From Candidatus Krumholzibacteriota bacterium (GTDB lineage Bacteria > Krumholzibacteriota > Krumholzibacteriia > JAJRXK01): a DNA stretch of 64,000 nucleotides. Below, piece by piece: positions 1 through 8,700 of this stretch. The stretch's first letter is position 1, and every line of letters begins with the position of its first letter. The stretch is taken from contig CAVSGG010000009.1 of the NCBI GenBank assembly GCA_963727455.1, forward strand, positions 160,001-224,000, given 5' to 3'. The translations under genes were made by a program, and so were the position numbers. Below the pieces are notes generated by a model. It was given only the letters and a program-made list of their open reading frames with translations. It made no database searches and was not told the DNA's origin.

Positions 1-1
1 G

Positions 2-2068
2 CCCGATCTGGTCCAGGAGCAGATCCTGGAATCCGTCGGCCACGTAGAATTGTTTGAGAAGCTGCGAGATCGGCTTGCCGCCCTCCTCGACCGGCCGGTC
101 GAGTCCGCTCAGCCACGGCGCCAGGCTGGGAGCCGCTTGTGGGTCGCGCCAGTAACGGGCCTGAAAGCGCGCCTTCCGCCAGAAACCCGCGTAACTCTTG
201 ATGACACCATCTTCCTCGGCCCCACTGGGGACGAAGGAGCACACACGATTCAAAATGGCCAGAGGGATGGCGCGCAGGTCTTCCGCGCGGTGCCCCACCA
301 TCTTGCCCAGACTCGCGTCCCAGTGCCGGCGGGGGAAGCCACGGGCTTCGAAATCGTCTTTGTACAACATGATCAGCTGCATGCATTCGCTGACCAGGAG
401 ACCGTCCCGTCCGGGTTGAAGGGCTTGAAGCAGCGCGTTGAAGCCCAGGGGATCGTCGGCGAGCGTCTCCAGGAGACCCTCCACCCCGCGCACTTCGGGA
501 CCGGGCGGACTTCTGAGTTCGCGTAGCCAAGCGGTGGGATCGGGACGCAGTCCGGGATCGAACCAGAACTCCTCGTCCATTCCACGGTCCACCCACCACG
601 CGTCCCAGAGCTCGACGCGGGCCGCCACGATGCTCGCCCGCGCGAAGCCGGGGGTCCTGGAGAGTTCGTCGTGGGCGATCGTCCTCTGCAGCCGCGCATC
701 GCGCCCCACTTCGGGATCGAGCGCAATTCGCTGCAACAGCTCCACCCCCTGACGTCGGAGGTCACTCCACGCCGGCGGCCTCTCGGAGGGACGCGGGCCG
801 AAATCGTGAACCTCGTAGAGGCCCTGAATCCTCTGCTGCGCCTGCTCATCACTCTCGTCCAAAAGAGCGAGAAGCCGGTGAGTGAGTCGACGCTGGCTCC
901 GGTCCGCGCGCGCGAGCACCTGCTGGGAAAGGCTCGAATCCGCGGCCATCGCGTAGAGTAGCCCCGGCAGTCCCGAAGAACTCTTCCAGGCGCTGCCTTC
1001 GCCCAAGGATGCGAGAACCGCAGTCTCGGTCTTCAAGAGTGGTGTCTGCGCGCTGGTCTCCGCGTGGGCGAAACGCGGCGTGACCACCGCTAATGAGGTC
1101 CAAGCAAAGAGCAAGACCAACAAAAGGAGAGCCGTGGTCGAAGCCCGTTTGCCGCGCGAGCTGAGTTCGGAAGGCGCAGGTCCCTCCCGTCGCTCCTTGT
1201 AGTCACGGTAAGCCCTGAGCAATGCCTTGAAACCCGAGACAGCCATTCCGCTCTGCACCGCCGGACGCCAGAGACGCAGCCACAGCAGCACGAGGGCCGT
1301 TCGGCTCGGCGCGTCCTTGGGCCCAAAGCGCCGGACCAGAGTCAGACGGCTGCGCAGATTGTAGTAGAGAAAGAGCGGAGATGAGACGCGGGTGGTGGCT
1401 GAGACCTTGTGGAGTAATCGCGCCTGTGGCGCCACCACGATCTCGTAGCCGGCCCGTTCCGCCCTGAGACAGAGGTCGACGTCTTCACAAAAATGAAAGT
1501 ACCTGCGGTCGAGTTCACCGACTTCCTCCAGCAGTTCGCGCGAAAGCAGCATGGCGCAACCGGTAACGTAGAAGTGCAAATTGCCGCGCGTTCTGAGCTC
1601 TTCGTCCGAGAGTGGAGTCTGGACGTGCCGCACGCGAGCGCTCGCAATGTCGAAGCGTCCCCCACCGAACGCCCAAAGTCGCTCGGGAGTGTCGTAGTAG
1701 GCGATACTCGCTCCCACCACTCCGGTCTTGGCTCCGCGTTTCGCGCGCTCGAGCATGTGCCGCAGGAAATCCGGCTCGACGACCGTGTCGTTGTTCAAAA
1801 GGAGAACGAAGTGCGCCCCTCGCTCGAGCGCCCAGCGGATGCCCGCGTTGTTACCCCCGGCAAAGCCCAGGTTGGCGCCGGTCTGCAGGATGGCCAGCGC
1901 GGGGTGAGCCGCGCGGACCGCGGCCTCGCTGCCATCGCTACTTCCATTGTCGACCACGAGGATCTCGTGGCTCTCACCTTCGAGCGCTCTCAAACTCTTG
2001 AGGCAGGCGAGGGTGTCTTCCTTGCCGTTCCAGTTGAGCACGATGATGACGGTTTCCGGCGACGACAC
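2..2068 (-). CDS. GT2 glycosyltransferase fused in frame to a TM segment and a long C-terminal domain; runs off the window's left edge, so it is absent from the ORF track
   Basis: Manual translation from GTG at 2068 (GAGGTG SD upstream): VIIVLNWNGKEDTLACL..ILVVDNGSSDGS..NLGFAGGNNAG..LLLNNDT..VTGCAMLL..FCEDVDLCLRA; no stop down to position 2. Confidence 0.85.
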   Translation of the reverse strand, partial: MSSPETVIIVLNWNGKEDTLACLKSLRALEGESHEILVVDNGSSDGSEAAVRAAHPALAILQTGANLGFAGGNNAGIRWALERGAHFVLLLNNDTVVEPDFLRHMLERAKRGAKTGVVGASIAYYDTPERLWAFGGGRFDIASARVRHVQTPLSDEELRTRGNLHFYVTGCAMLLSRELLEEVGELDRRYFHFCEDVDLCLRAERAGYEIVVAPQARLLHKVSATTRVSSPLFLYYNLRSRLTLVRRFGPKDAPSRTALVLLWLRLWRPAVQSGMAVSGFKALLRAYRDYKERREGPAPSELSSRGKRASTTALLLLVLLFAWTSLAVVTPRFAHAETSAQTPLLKTETAVLASLGEGSAWKSSSGLPGLLYAMAADSSLSQQVLARADRSQRRLTHRLLALLDESDEQAQQRIQGLYEVHDFGPRPSERPPAWSDLRRQGVELLQRIALDPEVGRDARLQRTIAHDELSRTPGFARASIVAARVELWDAWWVDRGMDEEFWFDPGLRPDPTAWLRELRSPPGPEVRGVEGLLETLADDPLGFNALLQALQPGRDGLLVSECMQLIMLYKDDFEARGFPRRHWDASLGKMVGHRAEDLRAIPLAILNRVCSFVPSGAEEDGVIKSYAGFWRKARFQARYWRDPQAAPSLAPWLSGLDRPVEEGGKPISQLLKQFYVADGFQDLLLDQIG

Positions 2069-2119
2069 CCTGCACCTCACGAGATGGACGAATCAGGCCA
2101 CCTCGGCTAGGCTAGGGAC

Positions 2120-2815
2120 ATGATGCAATTCAGGCAAGACACGAGCGAAGACTCTGGATCTTTTGTATCGCGAACTGCGGCTCTGGGGTGGCTCCTTTTG
2201 AGCTGCGCTCTCCTCGCCGGCGGGCTGGGCTGTCGATCGCAGTCAGAGGAAAGGCTGTGCCGAGCGGCCCGGCTGGACGATCCCGCCGCCTATGTGAAAA
2301 GCGTCGAACTGGCGCGGAGCGAGAGGGACTCGCTCTTTCATCTGCCCGATTCCAGTCCGGTGGCCAAGGAAGACCTTCCCGGCTGGAAGGGGCTCGAGTT
2401 CTACCCCGTCAAACCCAGCTATGTGCTCGAGGGACCGCTCATCCGGACGGCAAAACCCGTTCCGCTCACGATCCCCGATACCGGTGGAGAGACGCGCAAG
2501 GCGCAGAAAATCGGCTATTTCCTGGTAGATCTGGGAGCCGGTCCGGAGAAACTGTCCGTATTCCGCATGCTCGAAAGCGACTCCCTCTTCTTGCCCTTTC
2601 TCGATGCCACCAGCGGAGCGGAGACCTATCCGGCCGGGCGCTATCTCGAACTCCAGAAGCTGGGCGACGACCGTTATCGTCTGGATTTCAATCTAGCCTA
2701 CAATCCCTACTGCGCCTACGGAGGGGACTGGTCCTGTCCGATCACTCCCGAGAGCAATCGCCTGAAAGCGGCCGTGCGCGCGGGAGAACGGGGCTACAAG
2801 TTTCTTCATGAATGA
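2120..2815 (+). CDS. DUF1684 family protein, probable lipoprotein
   Basis: LFLPFLDATSGAETYPAGRYL, LDFNLAYNPYCAY..WSCP motifs; hydrophobic N-terminus ending GLGC. Confidence 0.85.
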   Translation: MMQFRQDTSEDSGSFVSRTAALGWLLLSCALLAGGLGCRSQSEERLCRAARLDDPAAYVKSVELARSERDSLFHLPDSSPVAKEDLPGWKGLEFYPVKPSYVLEGPLIRTAKPVPLTIPDTGGETRKAQKIGYFLVDLGAGPEKLSVFRMLESDSLFLPFLDATSGAETYPAGRYLELQKLGDDRYRLDFNLAYNPYCAYGGDWSCPITPESNRLKAAVRAGERGYKFLHE

Positions 2816-2817
2816 GT

Positions 2818-4854
2818 TCAGGAGACTTGATCCCGACGGTGTTCCTTCGACCGCCGGGGGAGATTGAGACATACCCGTGTGCCGGCTTCCTCGGGCTTGT
2901 CGAGCCTCAGGATGACCTCGTCGCCGAAGAGTTCCTGCGCGGCCCTGAGAACCCGTGAGAGTCCGCCTTCACCCCGTAGCGCGTCCTGGTGCAGATCGCC
3001 CAGGAACCCCCGCCCGTTGTCTTCCACCGTCAGCGAACAACGCCCGCCCTGCAGGGCGGCATTGACATGAATCCTGCCCGTGTGCAACTCACGCGAGAGT
3101 CCGTGGATGAGAGCATTGTCGATCAAGGGCTGCAAGACCCGGCGCGGCACCAACTGCTCCTTGAGGGCGGGATCGAAGCTGATGCCAACTTCGAGACGGT
3201 TGCGCAGGCGCAGTTTCTCCAGAGCGAGCAGATCCCGCGCAAATGCCATCTCTTCGCTCAAGGGGACCCCGCTGCCGTCCTTCTCCAGAATGTAGGCGTA
3301 GGCGCGCCGCAGTGATTTGAGGATGTCGCGCGCGGCCTGCGGATCGCGTTCGCCGACTTCGGAGCAGATGCGCAGGATCGACTCCACGAGCTCCGGGTCG
3401 AGCCGCTCACGCATCGCAACCAGCTCGCGACGGGCCGACGCGAGTTCTCTTCGACTCGCGGCCAATTCAGAACGCAGTTCTTCCACTTCGCCCGCGATGT
3501 CCTGCACCCTCGCGCGGGCCGCGGCACCGCTTCGCGCTTCGAATTCACCCGCGCCCATTGCGTCGAGCGCGCTCGCCAACAGTTCGGAGACGACTTCGAG
3601 ATAACGTCGTTCGGCGTCGAACCAGGGATAACAGTTGCGCCGTTCCCCGAGCAGCAACCAACCGAGGGAGCGCCCCGCGGCGACCAAAGGAACTCGCAGC
3701 CGGTAGGAATGCTCCTCGTCCTTCAAGCTCTCGGCCCATTGGCGATTGCGCGGGGTGTCGCCCAAAAGAAGCCGCAGCGACTTGGGATGAACCGCTTCCT
3801 GAATGTCCATGAGAGCGCCGCGCTCGAGCTCCGCGAGAGAGCGCGAACGACTCAAGCGCTGTGCGAAGCGATGCACCGCTCTTCGCAAATCGACGTCGCG
3901 ATCGAAGAGCACCCGATCCATCCAGGGACGGAGCGCTCGATCGAGAGCCGGCCCGATCGCGATCGCGGCGCCCAGGACCACGAGGCGGGACAAACTGGTA
4001 GCATAGCGTCCCCAGCTCGGCTCGTTGAACTGGATGCGGTTGAACACGAAGAGGACCACGAGCGACAGGGCCGTCCACAACAGCAGCCGAATGCCGTCGC
4101 GAATGTAGCGGTCCATGAAGGAGAACTCGTAGCGCACCAGCCCGAAGAACACCACGAAGGAGACACTCTGCAGATGCAGGATGGGCAGCACCGCGAGCCG
4201 GATTCTCGCCGGATGGGAATCGTGCCACAGCGCGACGAAGAATACGCAGAGCAACAATCCGAGCAGCATGAGGCCGCGACCGAGGTTGGCGATGCCGACC
4301 CGCTCTTGCCCGGGCCGCGCGGGAAAGAGAACCAGGATGAGAAAGACGAGGGACCCCGCGAAGAGATAGGCCGAGAGTGGCCCCAGAAGAGCGCGCCACT
4401 CCCCCACCTGCGCGCGGAGCTTGCCGGTACCCCCCGCGTAATAGGCGAAAGCCAGCACGAGCACCCACCAGGCCGCCACCACGTAAATTTTGCGATAGCG
4501 CTGCACGTGCGTGATGATGGCGGCGCGCAAACTGGGCGGGGGCCGGCGGTACAACCTGCGGAAGTTGGCGAAGAGTTGAAAGAAAATGGTGAGAACCAGA
4601 AGTTGCAGCATCAGCTGCAGGCGCGTGAGCCAGAGGGCTCGATGGGGCGCGAGACCACCGGGCGCCAGAGCCATGGAGTATTCGAAGAGTTGCAGGAGGT
4701 GCCAGGCGGCCAGAACGATGTTGGCCGTGGCGAAGATCTTGATTTCGGTCCCGCGCGAACGGCGCGCCAGGATGAACAGCGCCAGGCTCAAATGCAACGC
4801 CGTCGCAAGCGAGTAGACGAGCAGGGAGCCCAGTATCAGATCTGCTCTATTCAT
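2818..4854 (-). CDS. Multi-TM LytS/YehU-type sensor kinase-like protein with GAF-like domain; H-box degenerate
   Basis: Many TM helices, GAF-like VPLVAAGRSLGWLLLG, coiled coil, VPLSEEM..LEKLR..VPRRVLQPLIDNALIHG..VEDNGRGF; H-box reads RLDPELVESI. Confidence 0.8.
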   Translation of the reverse strand: MNRADLILGSLLVYSLATALHLSLALFILARRSRGTEIKIFATANIVLAAWHLLQLFEYSMALAPGGLAPHRALWLTRLQLMLQLLVLTIFFQLFANFRRLYRRPPPSLRAAIITHVQRYRKIYVVAAWWVLVLAFAYYAGGTGKLRAQVGEWRALLGPLSAYLFAGSLVFLILVLFPARPGQERVGIANLGRGLMLLGLLLCVFFVALWHDSHPARIRLAVLPILHLQSVSFVVFFGLVRYEFSFMDRYIRDGIRLLLWTALSLVVLFVFNRIQFNEPSWGRYATSLSRLVVLGAAIAIGPALDRALRPWMDRVLFDRDVDLRRAVHRFAQRLSRSRSLAELERGALMDIQEAVHPKSLRLLLGDTPRNRQWAESLKDEEHSYRLRVPLVAAGRSLGWLLLGERRNCYPWFDAERRYLEVVSELLASALDAMGAGEFEARSGAAARARVQDIAGEVEELRSELAASRRELASARRELVAMRERLDPELVESILRICSEVGERDPQAARDILKSLRRAYAYILEKDGSGVPLSEEMAFARDLLALEKLRLRNRLEVGISFDPALKEQLVPRRVLQPLIDNALIHGLSRELHTGRIHVNAALQGGRCSLTVEDNGRGFLGDLHQDALRGEGGLSRVLRAAQELFGDEVILRLDKPEEAGTRVCLNLPRRSKEHRRDQVS

Positions 4855-4919
4855 CGTAACGAGTATAGCAGACAATGCAGCAGTGAAGCGCGACTGCATT
4901 GCGCACGAAGGAGGACTCC

Positions 4920-6041
4920 ATGCGGATCGTCTTGGTGGGACCAGCCAGCCCCTGGCGCGGCGGCATCGCCCATTTCAACGACCTCCTCGCGCGCGAACTC
5001 TCCAGGTCCCACGAAACCTTCGTCCTGAGCTTTACGCGCCAATATCCCAAGCTGCTGTTTCCGGGAAAATCCCAGAAACATCCCTCGGAGGCCAGCCTCG
5101 ATGTGGGGGCCGAGGCTCTCATCGATTCCATCGGCCCCTGGAGCTGGTACAGAGCGGCTCGCCGCATCCGCCAGCTCTCACCCGATCTGCTGGTCTTCCG
5201 CTACTGGATGCCTTTCTTCGCACCCTGCTTCGGCATGATTCTACGCGGCGCGGTGCGGCACGGGAAGCCCGAGAGCGTGGTGATCGCCGATAACGTCGTC
5301 CCCCATGAACGACGTCCCCTGGACGGGCCGTTCACCCGCTGGTTCTTCTCACCCGTGGACCGCTTCGTGGTGATGACGCAAGCCGTGCGCGAAGACCTGC
5401 TCGAAGTACGCCCCGATGCGCAGGTCGATCTCGTACCGCACCCGCTGTACGGGCAGTTCGGGGATGCCATCGATCGCCAAGTGGCACGACGCCAACTGGA
5501 GATTGCGGGCGATGCCGAGCTCATGCTCTTCTTCGGTTTCGTTCGCCCCTACAAGGGCCTGGATACTCTGCTGCGTGCGATGCCCGCGATCCGGGCCGCC
5601 CGACCGCGCGCGCAGCTCTTGGTGGTGGGAGAATTCTACTCCCAAGAAGCGCGCATCCGGGCGCTCACCAGCGAGTTGGGATTGGATGACTGCGTACGAT
5701 TCGTCTCGGACTACGTCCCCAACGACGAAGTGGCGCCCTATTTCTCCGCGGCCGACGTGGTCGTGCTGCCCTATCACCATGCGACCCAAAGCGGCATCAT
5801 CCCCGTGGCCTATCACATGGGTCGGCCCGTGGTGACTACCAGGGTGGGCGGTCTGGCTGAAGTGATCGAGGAGGAGAAAACCGGCATCCTGGTTCCCCCG
5901 GAGCGTTTCGACGCGCTGGCCGCGGCGCTGATTCGCTTTTTCGCGGAATCTCTGGGGCCGCCCATGCAGGAGCATGTCGCCCGCGCGCGAAAACTCTACA
6001 GCTGGGAAAGATTCGCCAAGGCGGTGTGCGGCACGCGCTGA
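4920..6041 (+). CDS. GT4 glycosyltransferase
   Basis: RGGIAHF, FFGFVRPYKGLD, ADVVVLPY..ATQSG, PVVTTRVGGLAE; GGAGG SD before ATG 4920. Confidence 0.9.
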   Translation: MRIVLVGPASPWRGGIAHFNDLLARELSRSHETFVLSFTRQYPKLLFPGKSQKHPSEASLDVGAEALIDSIGPWSWYRAARRIRQLSPDLLVFRYWMPFFAPCFGMILRGAVRHGKPESVVIADNVVPHERRPLDGPFTRWFFSPVDRFVVMTQAVREDLLEVRPDAQVDLVPHPLYGQFGDAIDRQVARRQLEIAGDAELMLFFGFVRPYKGLDTLLRAMPAIRAARPRAQLLVVGEFYSQEARIRALTSELGLDDCVRFVSDYVPNDEVAPYFSAADVVVLPYHHATQSGIIPVAYHMGRPVVTTRVGGLAEVIEEEKTGILVPPERFDALAAALIRFFAESLGPPMQEHVARARKLYSWERFAKAVCGTR

Positions 6042-6122
6042 AAGCGAAACTCACGAGGCAGGCAGAGCTACCACGCGGAGTTGAACGTGGGTTGACCAGG
6101 GGGATGGATCGAGCAGCCCGCT

Positions 6123-6608
6123 CTACTGGGAGCCGGCTGCTCGCTTTGCATCCATCTCTTCGTTCTGCAGTTTCTGCAGAATCAATCTGAGCCCCTGAGA
6201 AAGATCGAGCAGTCTCTCGTCGGAGAGAGTCTCCACCTGTCTCAAGAAGAACTCGTTCTCGAAGGGCACCAATCTCTGGATCGCCTTGGACCCGGCCGGC
6301 GTGGCCTTTACGCGAAACGAACGACGATCATGGGGATCCGGGCGGCGTTCAATGAGACCTTTTTTTTCCAGACGCAGAATCATTCCCGTCATGTTCTGTT
6401 TGCTGACACAGAGCCGACGGCACAGCTCGGTGGGGGTCAACCCATCGGCTTTGTCCTCGCGCTCCAGAAGCCCGAGCGTGAGCCACTGCGCTGACGTAAT
6501 ATCCGCGGTCTGGCTTAGGGCGCCCCACCGTCGGTCGAAGAGATTGCTCACCCGCATCGCATCCAGCAGTGCGCGTCGGGCAAGCGTCGGCCGATCGAGG
6601 GCTGACAT
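6123..6608 (-). CDS. MarR family transcriptional regulator
   Basis: ITSAQWLTL, LTPTELC..SKQNMTGMILRLEKKGLIERRPDPHDRRS winged helix. Confidence 0.88.
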   Translation of the reverse strand: MSALDRPTLARRALLDAMRVSNLFDRRWGALSQTADITSAQWLTLGLLEREDKADGLTPTELCRRLCVSKQNMTGMILRLEKKGLIERRPDPHDRRSFRVKATPAGSKAIQRLVPFENEFFLRQVETLSDERLLDLSQGLRLILQKLQNEEMDAKRAAGSQ

Positions 6609-6726
6609 ATCTTGCCTCCTCACGAGAGGATTGTCCGTGTCGAGCCTAAACCGCCGCCGCCTCCGCTGCAAGCGCGATTTAGCTGTTTCGCGACCGTTTA
6701 CTTACGAATAAAAAACGAAAACAGCG

Positions 6727-7086
6727 TCACGCCGGTTTCTCGTGGCTTGCCCGCACCGTGGTGTGAATCCCCCCGCGCACGTAGAAGTCGCCCTCCACTT
6801 CGATCATGAGCGGATCGAGTGCCGCCACCAGATCGTCCAGGATGCGGTTGGTCACTTCTTCGTGGAACGCGCCTTCGTTGCGGTAGCTCCACAGATACAG
6901 CTTGAGGGATTTCAGCTCCACGCAGAGCTGATCCGGGCAATAACGGATGCGCAGGGTGGCGAAGTCGGGCTGGCCGGTGCGCGGGCAGAGGCAGGTGAAT
7001 TCGGGCGCCTCGAAGCGGATCTCATAGCGCCGCTTTGGCCGTGGATTGACGAAGGTCTCGAGTTCTTTGGATGGAGTGGTGGCCAC
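6727..7086 (-). CDS. queF: 7-cyano-7-deazaguanine reductase (preQ1 synthase, type I)
   Basis: [41 protein letters not shown]; AAGGAGG SD before GTG 7086. Confidence 0.95.
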   Translation of the reverse strand: MATTPSKELETFVNPRPKRRYEIRFEAPEFTCLCPRTGQPDFATLRIRYCPDQLCVELKSLKLYLWSYRNEGAFHEEVTNRILDDLVAALDPLMIEVEGDFYVRGGIHTTVRASHEKPA

Positions 7087-7108
7087 GACGTTCCTCCTTG
7101 GGCCAAGA

Positions 7109-7137
7109 GGAAAGGGGGAGCCGAAGCCCCCCCTCCC
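7109..7137 (-). terminator. GC-rich C(UUCG)G hairpin with a weak U tract after the OMP gene
   Basis: Minus strand GGGAGGGGGGGC-UUCG-GCUCCCCCUUUCC, 12-bp stem with G-U pairs. Confidence 0.6.
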
Positions 7138-7146
7138 AACTCGCAT

Positions 7147-7166
7147 CACGCAGCCGAAGCCGCATG
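7147..7166 (-). other. Second C(UUCG)G hairpin in the OMP 3' UTR
   Basis: Minus strand CAUGCGGC-UUCG-GCUGCGUG. Confidence 0.55.
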
Positions 7167-7185
7167 GACGAGACGATAGCCTTGG

Positions 7186-8385
7186 CTACCAGTTGAACCA
7201 GGCCGAGATCCAGGCGAAGGTGTTGCCACCGGTGGCTCCGTTGAGGAAGTAACCACTGTGGACGTGACCCTCGTCGAGAGCGAAGTCCAGCCCGAAGCTG
7301 TCCTTGTCGATCCCGAAACCGGTGGTCCAGGTGTACTCGAACTCGCGGTACTTGTCCGAAGCCGCCCCATTTTCCTCGGTAACGAAGATGTAGGACGAGA
7401 CAACGCCGGTCCGCACCACGAACCAGTCGTTCATGTAGTACTCACCAGCCAGGTTGTAACCGGGCAGGATGAGGCCCTTGAGAGACTGATCGTCGTCAGG
7501 CGTGGTGGAATCGTTGCCATTCTCACCCTTGGCGTACGACAGAGTCAGATAACCGGCAACCTCCCACTGTCCAGGCGTCCCGAAGACCGGACCAAAGCTG
7601 CCCCGGAAGTCGGTCTCTTTGATATCGTCCTGGCCGTTGGCATCCGGGCTGACCTTCGCGTAGGAGAATCCGCCCAGGTAGCGCCAGTTCTGGCCCCACA
7701 CGTTGTTCAGACGACCACGCGCGGTGATGTCGAAGTTCATGCTGCTGTAGTCCTGCGAGGGATTCGGCGCAACGACCGTATTGTCGGTGTAGCTTCCCAT
7801 CCCGAACTCAGCCGCCAGATCCAGATTCGCGCTGGGGCTGTAGCCCAGCTGGAATCCGAAGTCGTTGAAGCTATTGTCGGGATTGACAGTTCCCGCTCCG
7901 TTGTCGGTCTTGTTGGCGTCCGCGACCCAAGAGAAGGCAATCCCGAAGGGCTTGCCGCTCAGGTCCGTGGACCAACCCAGGTCCCACCACTGCCAATTGC
8001 GGGCCTGCGTAGCGGTGGAATAGAGCCCACCAGGCAGGGTCCCGAAAGTGGGCATGCGGTCAAATCCGCCCCAGGTGTACAGCGCCGTCCGCGCGGTGGC
8101 GTCCTGACGGCCCGTGCTGAAGCGGAAGGTGTTCTTCTCTCCACCCCAGATCAACGAGGCGTTCCCATTCATGTTGTAACCGAAATTGCTGGGAGCAAGA
8201 TCGATGATCGCCATGTTTTGGTACTGCCCGTAGAGCTGAGGGAACGCGAACATGTCGTCCGCGTCGTCGATAAAGTAGTTCCCGGCCAATGCCGAGCGAC
8301 GGGCCGCGTTCGCGTTGGACGCGATACCCACCACCAGCAGAGCCAGAGTTAGAAGCGCAAATGCGCGCCAGACAGGAGACTTCAT
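7186..8385 (-). CDS. Outer-membrane beta-barrel (porin-like) protein
   Basis: Signal peptide ending ANA; G/N/D/aromatic-rich alternating strands; C-terminal aromatic FAWISAWFNW; GAGGAG SD. Confidence 0.75.
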   Translation of the reverse strand: MKSPVWRAFALLTLALLVVGIASNANAARRSALAGNYFIDDADDMFAFPQLYGQYQNMAIIDLAPSNFGYNMNGNASLIWGGEKNTFRFSTGRQDATARTALYTWGGFDRMPTFGTLPGGLYSTATQARNWQWWDLGWSTDLSGKPFGIAFSWVADANKTDNGAGTVNPDNSFNDFGFQLGYSPSANLDLAAEFGMGSYTDNTVVAPNPSQDYSSMNFDITARGRLNNVWGQNWRYLGGFSYAKVSPDANGQDDIKETDFRGSFGPVFGTPGQWEVAGYLTLSYAKGENGNDSTTPDDDQSLKGLILPGYNLAGEYYMNDWFVVRTGVVSSYIFVTEENGAASDKYREFEYTWTTGFGIDKDSFGLDFALDEGHVHSGYFLNGATGGNTFAWISAWFNW

Positions 8386-8540
8386 ACCAGGTCGACTCCT
8401 CGTTACGTGCGAAGCACGTTTTCACGTTTGCCAGGCCACCAGGTTGTGCTGTGTGGAGTGCAGCCTAGCGACGCTTAGTTGAGGACAGCCTCCCTGCCGG
8501 CGCATGCGGGCGCACGGCGAGCTGTCCGACCGATCGCGGA

Positions 8541-8569
8541 ATTAGTACCGCAGCGAGTAAAAGTGTCAA
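8541..8569 (-). promoter_or_regulatory. Sigma70-like promoter for the OMP gene
   Basis: TTGACA (8569-8564), 17-nt spacer, ACTAAT (8546-8541) in an AT-richer intergenic region. Confidence 0.5.
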
Positions 8570-8700
8570 CGCAAAAATCGAGGTCAAGTCTTTCAGCGTG
8601 GTCAAATATTTACCAGCGTTGAACAAGCTCGTTTGCGCAGGTGAAATCGAGTTTGCGTTCGGCGATGGTCCCGGTGCGCGTTCTCCCTTACTCTCACGGG

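Noticed and set aside
50-2110. Plus-strand ORFs 50..526, 671..961 and 1493..2110
   Set aside because: In-register antisense shadows of the minus-strand GT2 fusion
7087-7185. preQ1 riboswitch upstream of queF
   Set aside because: No preQ1-type stem with an A-rich tail; the region is explained by two UUCG hairpins in the OMP 3' UTR
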